From an uncultured Clostridia bacterium (GTDB taxonomy: Bacteria > Bacillota > Clostridia > Christensenellales > CAG-917): a stretch of DNA of 54,965 nucleotides. Of this stretch, positions 44,954 to 53,700 are shown in pieces. The stretch spans positions 1 to 54,965 of the forward strand of contig CANRBM010000003.1 in the NCBI GenBank assembly GCA_947628855.1, in the 5' to 3' direction. The notes beneath the pieces are model-generated. The model searched no databases. It saw nothing but the letters and a program-made list of their open reading frames with translations, and had not been told where the DNA came from. The translations under genes and the position numbers were made by a program. Numbering within the stretch: position 1 is the stretch's first letter; every line of letters starts with the position of its first letter.

Positions 44954-47719
44954 ATGTACAATTTTTCAATAAATTTCCAACATCCATGGCTCCTCATGTT
45001 GCTTATTCCCGCGGCAGCGCTGACCGTGATGAATTATTTCATGGTCTACAAGCGCTATCGCAACACACGCAACCGCATCGTGTCACTTGTGGCGCACTCG
45101 CTATGCATGATCCTTGCGATCGCGGTGCTGGCGGGGACGACTTTCGAGTACGACAAGAAAAACGACTCAAACGAGATGATCATACTTGTGGATATGTCCG
45201 ACACGCAGCCCGACGAGAGCGACGCGCGCGACGCATATCTCAGAGAACTTCTCAACGAGGCGCAATACAGCAATGTCAAGGTGGGACTTGTCACCTTCGG
45301 ATTTTCGCAGGTCTACGCCGCGCCTATGACTTTTGACACAGAAAGCGTATACGAACAGTTTAAGAGTGCGCAAATGCCCGACGTGGGCGCGACGGATATC
45401 GCCGCCGCTATCGACTACGCCACGGCGCAGTTCCAACATCCCGACACTGCCAAGATACTCATTTTAAGCGACGGCATAGAGACGGACGAAAGCGCGCTCG
45501 CTGCGGTGAGGAGCGCCGCTCTCGACGGAGTCAAAGTGGACGTCACACAGATGGATCCCATATACGCCGACGACGGAGTGCAGGTGTCCGCGATCACTAC
45601 GCCGGATTATTACGTGCGCGTCAACGAGGAGTGCACGGTATACGTTGACATAAACAGCAAGCAAAAGTTGGAGGGCGTCAATGTTGACCTGTTCATCAAC
45701 GGCGATAGCGTTGCCACCCAAGATGGCACCACCATCTCGGAGGGCGATCAGACGCTCACCTTCAGCGGCGTCACATTCGGCAGGGAAGGCTTGCACGAGT
45801 TGAAAGCAACGCTTTCCTACGAGGGCGAAAAGAACGGTGAGGTCAACAATGCGTATTGCGCGTATTACTACATCCAAATACACGACAATATACTCATCCT
45901 CGAGCAAAAGAACGGCCAGTCGGCAGAGCTTGAGCGCATCATAAAGGAAGAATATGGCAAGGACGTCACGGTGACGAACGTCCTGTCCGCAGGCGAAATG
46001 CCTACGAGCGTGGAAGAGCTTTGCAGCTACGATCAAGTGGTGCTCAACAACGTCTCCAACAGCGACCTCGGCGACGAATTTGTGAACTTGCTCTACTCTT
46101 ATGTCTACGATATGGGAGGCAGCGTGTTCACCGTCGGCGGCATGGACGACGAGACCGACAAGGCGCATGCGTACAACAGGGAGGACCTATTCGACAGCAA
46201 GCTGCAGAAGATGCTCCCCGTTGATGCCGTCAACTACAAGCCGCCTATGGGCGTCGTATTGATCGTGGACGATTCGGGCTCAATGACGCAGTATCTGCCT
46301 GCGGCAAGGGCGGGCGCGCTGGGCTGCCTCGAAGTGCTTGACGACCGCGATTTCGTGGCAGTCATGACTTTCTCAAACAATTATACCTATGAGATACCTC
46401 TGCTCAGTTGCGCCAACAAGTCTGACATAAAAGACGCGATAGACCGTTTGGGGGGCGGCGGAGGCAGCACTACGATATGTCCCGCGATAGAGGCGGCTAC
46501 AAAGGTACTAAAGGCGGAGACGCGTATCAATCGCAGACATATCATATTTGTGACGGACTGCCAGGTGTTCGACCTTGACGAAGCGACAGAGCTTGCGTCA
46601 AACGAAAACTATTCGGATATCACAATATCCGTCGTCGGCATAGGCGATGACGGAGGGTACTTCCCGCGGATTGAGAGATGCACAACGGCTTGGGGCGGAG
46701 TGGCTAAGCAAGCCAAGAGTTCAGGCGACGCCCTCAAAAATGAGGTCATGAGCATCATGAAGGACGACTTGACAGACCCCGACATAAGCGAATACATTGC
46801 GGAGGATTTCAACCCCGTGATCGCAGATACTCGCTCCCCCATAGTGAAGGGGATAGAGCACGGCGGCGAAGGCAACAAGGCGTGGGCGCTGAATGTTGAG
46901 TTGGGCGGATATTTCGGAGTCAGAGCAAAGTCAGACGCGAACGTTGTGTTGACAGGACCGTACGACGTGCCGCTCTATGCGCAATGGCAATTCGGCGCAG
47001 GGCGAGTGGGCAGCTTTATGTGCGACTTGTACGGGGGCTGGTCGGCGGACTTCCTCGCAGATCAAAACAGTCGAAATCTGCTTATGAACGCGATGTCCAA
47101 CCTCATGCCGACTACAGATATATCAAACACCGAAGTCAAAGCAAGCATTATTGAGGAAAATTATATCAATACGCTGTACGTCGCGTGCGACCTCGCCGAG
47201 GGAGAAACGCTCGCCGGAAGGATAGAGTATAGCGACGGAGAGGAGACGCGCAGCGTTTCCCTCACCGAAACGGGCGCCGCAAACGACATATGCTATGTCA
47301 AGACGGCGCTGAACAACGAGAACAAACGCGCCGTGTTCGTCATCAAAAAGACGGGCACGTACAGGATAGTCATTGAAAAGATGACCGCAGACGGAAAAGT
47401 GGCGGCAAGCGACGAGCTGTACAAGTCGTTCGCGTTTTCAAAGGAGTACGACATCACGAACGAGGGCGATCCCGATCTGCTCAAAAAGCTGGCGCAACAG
47501 GGCGGCGGCGAGATCATTGAGATCGACAATCCGCTTAAGGCCCTCGACAACTTTGTGGCAAATACTCATCACGTCTACGACCCGAGGCTCGTATTCGTCA
47601 TCTTGGCGATGATCCTGTTCATTTTGGATATATGGGTGCGAAAATTTAAGTTCAAGTGGTTGCATGAGATCATCAGAGACCGCCGAGAAAGAAGAGGAGG
47701 GAAAAATGAAAAGATTTAA
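44954..47719 (+). CDS. BatB-like membrane protein with two VWA domains and a GATase1-like (DUF1355-type) region; TM anchors at both ends
   Basis: 921 aa from ATG 44954 (GGAGG RBS; the track start 44930 overlaps the previous gene). 'FQHPWLLMLLIPAAALTV'. VWA1 'IILVDMSDT'. VWA2 with MIDAS 'VLIVDDSGSM'. 'ILILEQKNG...VVLNNVS' resembles an amidotransferase-like fold (inference). C-terminal TM 'LVFVILAMILFILDIW'. Confidence 0.75.
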   Translation: MYNFSINFQHPWLLMLLIPAAALTVMNYFMVYKRYRNTRNRIVSLVAHSLCMILAIAVLAGTTFEYDKKNDSNEMIILVDMSDTQPDESDARDAYLRELLNEAQYSNVKVGLVTFGFSQVYAAPMTFDTESVYEQFKSAQMPDVGATDIAAAIDYATAQFQHPDTAKILILSDGIETDESALAAVRSAALDGVKVDVTQMDPIYADDGVQVSAITTPDYYVRVNEECTVYVDINSKQKLEGVNVDLFINGDSVATQDGTTISEGDQTLTFSGVTFGREGLHELKATLSYEGEKNGEVNNAYCAYYYIQIHDNILILEQKNGQSAELERIIKEEYGKDVTVTNVLSAGEMPTSVEELCSYDQVVLNNVSNSDLGDEFVNLLYSYVYDMGGSVFTVGGMDDETDKAHAYNREDLFDSKLQKMLPVDAVNYKPPMGVVLIVDDSGSMTQYLPAARAGALGCLEVLDDRDFVAVMTFSNNYTYEIPLLSCANKSDIKDAIDRLGGGGGSTTICPAIEAATKVLKAETRINRRHIIFVTDCQVFDLDEATELASNENYSDITISVVGIGDDGGYFPRIERCTTAWGGVAKQAKSSGDALKNEVMSIMKDDLTDPDISEYIAEDFNPVIADTRSPIVKGIEHGGEGNKAWALNVELGGYFGVRAKSDANVVLTGPYDVPLYAQWQFGAGRVGSFMCDLYGGWSADFLADQNSRNLLMNAMSNLMPTTDISNTEVKASIIEENYINTLYVACDLAEGETLAGRIEYSDGEETRSVSLTETGAANDICYVKTALNNENKRAVFVIKKTGTYRIVIEKMTADGKVAASDELYKSFAFSKEYDITNEGDPDLLKKLAQQGGGEIIEIDNPLKALDNFVANTHHVYDPRLVFVILAMILFILDIWVRKFKFKWLHEIIRDRRERRGGKNEKI

Positions 47720-50645
47720 GATCGCCGTCGCCTTGATATTGGCGCTTTCCCTCGTCATGGCATTTACGGCCTGCAACGAAAAATTCGCGCTCCAAACGCC
47801 CGAAGGACTTTATCTTGACGAGAACTTTACTCTCACCTGGAGAGAGGTCGCCGACGCGCGCGGCTACGAAGTGGAGATATCATCAAATGGAGAGGCGGCG
47901 ACATTGCGCAAAGTCACGCGTCCCGTCATCTCGCTGTCCGACCTCGAGGCGGGCGAATATACTGTGCGTGTAAGAGCGTACGGCGGCGCAAATAAGGACA
48001 AATTTTCGGCGTATACCCTCCCGTTCTCATTCTCGCGCGATTTTGAATCGGGACTGCTGTATGGGCTTGTGAACGGCTCGGAATACACCGTGACAGGCAT
48101 AGGCACAGCAAACGGAGATGTCGTGATAGAGGACTACTACCACGGACGTCCCGTCACCGCAATCGCGGACAACGCCTTCAGAGGCAGGGCGCTTGTAAAG
48201 ACCGTCAAGGTCGGCGCGAACGTCAAGTCTATAGGTGCGAACGCCTTTTACAATTGTGTGAACATGACTTCCGTGAGCCTTCCCGAGGGCTTGAGCGAGA
48301 TCGGCGAATCAGCTTTTCAAGGCTGTACATCCCTCGAGAGCATAGACGTCCCCGCGGGAGTGAAAGTCTTAAACTCGCTCGCTTTCGGCTATTGCAGAGG
48401 GCTAAAGACCGTTACTCTTCACGAGGGGCTGAGAGAGATAGGTGATTCGGCGTTTTACGAGTGCAACTCTGTGACGTCGTTCAAACTCCCAGACAGTCTC
48501 GAGTATATATATGGCAGCGCTTTTTCGGTCACGAGCGCGCTTGAGCATATCGAATTCGGCAAGGGGCTGAGATATATAGGCGCCGAGGCGTTCGTGGGCA
48601 GCGGGGTCACAGATCTTGATTTCAAAGATACGGACGCCGCGCTGTCTATAGCAAGCGCCGCGTTCGAGGGCTGCTCGTTCAAGGAGATAGCTCTTCCCGA
48701 GGGCGCTACCGCAATAGGGACATACGCTTTCTACGGTTGCAAAGAGCTCGCAAAAGTCGAACTGCCAAGCACGATAACGTCCATAGGCGGATTTGCGTTT
48801 GAAGATACCGCGATAGTGGCGGCGCAATCCGAGGGCGCGTCGTTTATCTACGTTGACGATTGGCTTGTCGGCGGGACCGAACTTCTCAAAACGAATATCA
48901 AATATCTGAAGGGAGAAAACGATCCCGTTTCAGGCGACACGAACAACAACAAGATACCGGATTCGTGGGAGCAGGATCCCGACTTCCGCATGGAGGACAA
49001 GAGCGAGGAGCTGCGCCAAAGCTATTTCGAGATCAAGAGCGGCACAGTCGGCATCGCAGATTACGCGTTTGTGCCCGCAAGCGCGTTTGTGAGCGGAGCG
49101 GAGGCTTACTCAAACCTCTACGACATAATCCTGCCGAACAGCGTCAAATATATAGGACAAAGTGCGTTCACCTACGCGACAAAGCTGTATAAATTCGAGT
49201 GCACCGATTCTTCGTCGCTGTTGTCGATCGGGGCGAGCGCCTTCGAGCAATGCTATTCGCTCTCCAACATATCCCTCAAGGAAGGGCTGGAAGTCATCGA
49301 AAGCGGCGCGTTTGCGGGGTGCAGTAATCTCAGAAATAACTCCGATAATCCCGAAAAGATAACCCCGCGCTCGGTAAAGAGGATAGGCGCGTTCGCGTTT
49401 TACGATACGGCGATTTGGAAAGCTGCCGCGGGAACGGGCGGACTTGTCGTTGCAGGCAACTGGATCGTCGGATTCGATTCGGAGGGCAGATGGCAATTCG
49501 ACGGCTCTCTTGAAAGCTATGAGCAAGGAAATATAGAGATAGTCGGCGTGTCGGATTACGCGCTGTATCAGTGTCAAAACCTGCAATCCATAAACATCGA
49601 AAACGTCTCGAAAATAGGGCGGAGCGCGTTTTCGGGCTGTACGTCCTTGATAAGCGTCCAGCTCAACAATAATTTGAGCGAGATCCCCGCGTTCGCGTTT
49701 TACAATTGTACTTCGCTTTTGATGTCGAGTTTCCCGCGCGATCTTAGGACTATCGGGCGTTACGCGTTCTTTAAGACAGCCGTTCAAAACGTCGATCTGG
49801 GCGGTACAAGGCTGACGTCGATAGGCGATCACGCCTTCTACGGTTGCGAGAATATGACAACGCTCACGCTGTCGAGCAGGATGACCGAGATTGAGCCTTA
49901 CACCTTCTACGGCTGCAAGTTGCTTGAGAACGTCTCCATCCCGAACGGCGTGAATTCGATAGGCGAGAGGGCGTTCGGATACTGCTCTTCTCTCGGCGAG
50001 GTGGAATTCGGGACGGGACTCAAAGAGATAGGCGAGTACGCGTTCAGAAATTGTGACGCGCTTGCAGCGATAGAGTTAGCACACGTCGAGAATATAGCGA
50101 GCCACGCGTTTTATGGCTGTACTTCCGTTGCGGATCTCTCGCTCGGCGACAGCGTAAAGACGATAGGCGCCGCCGCGTTCGAGGGCATGAGCATAACGCG
50201 ACTTGTTTTGCCTTCGTCCGTCGAGAGCGTGGGAGACGCCGCGTTCAGAGGTTGTGTGACTCTCAAAACGGCATATATAGCGGGCAAACCGTCGTATGTC
50301 GGCGCAAACGCGTTTGGCGATTGCAACGGACTCACGATATATTCGGCGCCTTCGAGAGAGGACGCTACAAGTTGGAACATCATCTGGAACTCGACGTTCA
50401 GACCCACATTCTATTCATGCACATTCGACGGAGAGACCCTCCTTGCAGTGACGACGGATATTGACAACGGCACTGCGTTTATGGGCGTAAGCGATCCCTA
50501 CCGCGAGGGCTATGGATTTGCGGGCTGGTCAAGGAGCGAAGGCGGCTCGGCTGAATTTGCCACCGCCGAGCTGGGCGGGCAGGACGGCGGCATAACGCTG
50601 TACGCAGTCTACAATGAAACGCCTTCTCAAGGCGTGGAAGAATAA
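47706..50645 (+). CDS. BspA-type LRR lipoprotein with N-terminal Fn3-like domain and C-terminal InlB-type B-repeat
   Basis: 979 aa from ATG 47706 (GGAGGG RBS), overlapping the preceding gene by 14 nt. Lipobox 'LSLVMAFTAC'. LRR_5 units such as 'VKVGANVKSIGANAFYNCVNMTSVSLPEGLSEIGESAFQGCTSLESIDVP'. C-terminal 'GYGFAGWSRSEGGSAEF...ITLYAVY'. Confidence 0.85.
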   Translation: MKRFKIAVALILALSLVMAFTACNEKFALQTPEGLYLDENFTLTWREVADARGYEVEISSNGEAATLRKVTRPVISLSDLEAGEYTVRVRAYGGANKDKFSAYTLPFSFSRDFESGLLYGLVNGSEYTVTGIGTANGDVVIEDYYHGRPVTAIADNAFRGRALVKTVKVGANVKSIGANAFYNCVNMTSVSLPEGLSEIGESAFQGCTSLESIDVPAGVKVLNSLAFGYCRGLKTVTLHEGLREIGDSAFYECNSVTSFKLPDSLEYIYGSAFSVTSALEHIEFGKGLRYIGAEAFVGSGVTDLDFKDTDAALSIASAAFEGCSFKEIALPEGATAIGTYAFYGCKELAKVELPSTITSIGGFAFEDTAIVAAQSEGASFIYVDDWLVGGTELLKTNIKYLKGENDPVSGDTNNNKIPDSWEQDPDFRMEDKSEELRQSYFEIKSGTVGIADYAFVPASAFVSGAEAYSNLYDIILPNSVKYIGQSAFTYATKLYKFECTDSSSLLSIGASAFEQCYSLSNISLKEGLEVIESGAFAGCSNLRNNSDNPEKITPRSVKRIGAFAFYDTAIWKAAAGTGGLVVAGNWIVGFDSEGRWQFDGSLESYEQGNIEIVGVSDYALYQCQNLQSINIENVSKIGRSAFSGCTSLISVQLNNNLSEIPAFAFYNCTSLLMSSFPRDLRTIGRYAFFKTAVQNVDLGGTRLTSIGDHAFYGCENMTTLTLSSRMTEIEPYTFYGCKLLENVSIPNGVNSIGERAFGYCSSLGEVEFGTGLKEIGEYAFRNCDALAAIELAHVENIASHAFYGCTSVADLSLGDSVKTIGAAAFEGMSITRLVLPSSVESVGDAAFRGCVTLKTAYIAGKPSYVGANAFGDCNGLTIYSAPSREDATSWNIIWNSTFRPTFYSCTFDGETLLAVTTDIDNGTAFMGVSDPYREGYGFAGWSRSEGGSAEFATAELGGQDGGITLYAVYNETPSQGVEE

Positions 50646-50715
50646 AATAAGCAACAAATTTGCTCCTGCGGGGAGCAATTTATCGGGAGACTACCCGATA
50701 TCAACGAGGTGTATC

Positions 50716-53700
50716 ATGAAAAAGCACGGCTTTAAGGTCATATTGCTCGTAGTGCTGGCGATCGCGCTCATCGCGTCGCTCGTCGCATGCAACAAGACTT
50801 CCTATACGCTGTCCTTCGAGACCAACGGAGGAGAAGCCATCGAAAGCGTCAAGGTGGAGGAGGGCAAGGCTTACACTCTGCCAACTCCGACCGAGAGAGC
50901 GAATTTCGTATTCGAGGGCTGGTATCTCAATCAAAATTGCGAGGGCGATCCCGTCAAAGAAGTCATCATGAACGGCGATACGACGGTATATGCCAAATGG
51001 TCGGCGGCGTATGCGCTCACCCTGAAAATTTCCGCTACCGAGACAAAAGTCGTATATCTCAAGAGCGGACAGGCGCTGGGACCCGTCCTCGACGGCGTTC
51101 AGACTGCCGCCCCGTCGGGATATATCTTCGGCGCATGGTTTATGGACGGCAAGGAGATAGGTGCGGATATGGTCATGCCGTCCTCTCCCGTCACGCTCGA
51201 AGCGAGATATAAAGTGCATTTCACGTCCGCTGTCTCTATCGAGCAGCCCGACGGCACATACAAAGCCTCCGACGCCGTCGAGGGCTACGGCTATGTGGGC
51301 GAGTTTCCCGCGATCGCCGCTGAGGGCTACAAAGTGGACAAGTCCGCCTCCGGCACGGTGTATAAAGAGCTGTCCTCCGATCCCGCCGAGAACAACTTCA
51401 AAGTGTTCTTGTCGTCGCACGGATTTGTGCTCACCGTCAAGGCAAATTGTCCCGAAGAAGGCTACGACCTCAAGGATTATCAAAACGACAAACTCGATTA
51501 CGGGCAGAAAGTGGAAGATCTTCCGCTCTACGGCATCGCGGGCAGCTATATCATGATAGGCTGGAGTCGCGATAAGGACGCAGAAAAGCCCGAGTGGGTA
51601 TCCCCCATCTTTTATAACGACCTTTACAACAAGGACGGCGCGAAAGCCCCCGAAAGTTATGTCGTATCAGAGGACGACGTAACGCTTTACGGCGTGTGGC
51701 TGAAGGGCGCTACGGACATCTTCGGCGGAAACGATATCGTCTATTTCATGGATGAGGGCGAGGAGCCGTTTGTGTACGTGTGGCGCGGCGGCAAGTTCTT
51801 CAAGGGCGAATATTATCCTGCAAACGGGGATTTCGTCGTCAGAAACGCCGCAGATGAGGCGTCCATAGACGGCAGACTCAACAAAGACGGCACTTTCAGC
51901 TATACCGACACAAACAGGGCGACCGTCGGCAACTACTTCCTCTACAAGGTCGGGTCTATTGACGAGAATGTCACTATCGTCGTGGACCAATACAACGGCA
52001 TCACCTATACCGATCAGAATCTTGACTCCAACCGCGTTTCAAGCGGCACCTATGTGCTGGACGAAAACGGATATTATATTGCAACGTTCGGCGAAGGCGG
52101 GCCGCTCTCGGGACAGAAAGTGACCATTTTCGTGGGACTGACCAACAATAACACGAGAGTATTTGCTCTCCGCAACGAGGACGATCTTGCTCTCGGCGAG
52201 GTGTATCGTCACATAGGGACATCTCTCTACTATCCCATCTTCACATTCGACGGATTCTTCACCGCCACGTACAGTACGGGCGGCAGCAACTCCGGCTCCA
52301 CAGGCACCTATTATTATTCGCGCGTAAGCGAGGACGAGATCAGAGTTGCGTCCGACATCAGCGGTTTTTCAAGGAACAACTATCTCGTGCTGAAACTCGA
52401 CAAAGTTGCGGGCCCGAATGGAGAGCAATCCGTTTACTCCTTCTATTATGAGGAACTCGATCATACCTACACGTCTGAGAACGGCAGCGATGAACTCACT
52501 CTCGACGGCGAATATACCGCGCAATATCAAGGCAGAGAATACGTATTTATGACCGCGGGCACGTCAAACGCGCTCGGCGGCACTCTCGTTCAGCTTTATG
52601 AAAACTCGAGTTTCGCAGGACTTACGCTCAGATACATGTTCAGCGTTTCCACAAAGACTATAAATGGCGAGGAAGGAAGCGAGCCGACATACGAATATAA
52701 ATTCAAGGCGCTCAACTCCACTCAGTACGCCGAGCTCACCAGGCTTGACAGCCAGAGCGGAAACATTGCCCGCGATTATATGCTCGTGATAGAGGACGAA
52801 CAAAACGCCTCGCTTTACAGGACGGCATACATGTTTAATATGTTGTTTGGCGTGGAGCTCATAGCAAAAGGCACATATGAGGTGGCAAACGACGACAACA
52901 ACACCTATAAATTCACCGTCGATGCAAGCAGCATAGGCGAGAACGGCTCGGCAGACATAGGCATAGGGCAACCTCTTGAGAATGTAGAATACTTTGAATT
53001 CGGCATGGCAAGTTCGTCAAGTCAGCAGCTGTTCTACTATGTAGCATACAAACTCAACGATCAAGCCGAGGTCAGATACGACAAAGTGTACTTTGAAGAG
53101 GGCGGCGACGACGTTCTCACGATCATAGGCACGGAAGAGGCCGGATTTGCCACCTACAAGAAAGACGGCACCGTGTACAGCGGCAACTATCAGACGCAGG
53201 ATTTCATCTTTATCCTCACCTACGCGGCAGCGTCCGAAACGCACACTGTCTATCTGCAACTCAGCGACAACGAAAGCGGCGATGACACCTACAGCGAGCT
53301 GTCTCTGCCGCTCGGAAGATTCTATGAATATACGCACGGCGTTATAAACAGGGAAAACTATCTCACCTTTGACGGAAAGGGCGGAGCTACGCTCTATGAG
53401 AAGGATACCCCGATCGAGGGCACGTTTAAAGAGAGCGACGATCTCACGCTGCTCGAGGACCTCGAAATGCACTATATGACGTTTACGTCAAAGGACAATA
53501 AGCTGACATTCAACTATGTCTTTGCCTCCGTAAGCGGGTACACATACTTTGTGCGCCATGAGGACAAGGCAAGCGGCACATTCACACAGATAAGCGCCAA
53601 GTCGGGCGAGACTTTGGAAACAGTCGGCACACTTCAGCTCGACGGCTACTATATCGCGAGGTATACGCCCGACAACTCGGACAAAACTGAATATATCGAC

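Noticed and set aside
50701-51483. The 260-aa minus-strand ORF, the largest track ORF in this region.
   Set aside because: The plus strand (frame 1) carries an uninterrupted lipoprotein ORF with RBS, lipobox and B-repeats from 50716 to the window end. The minus ORF is its shadow.
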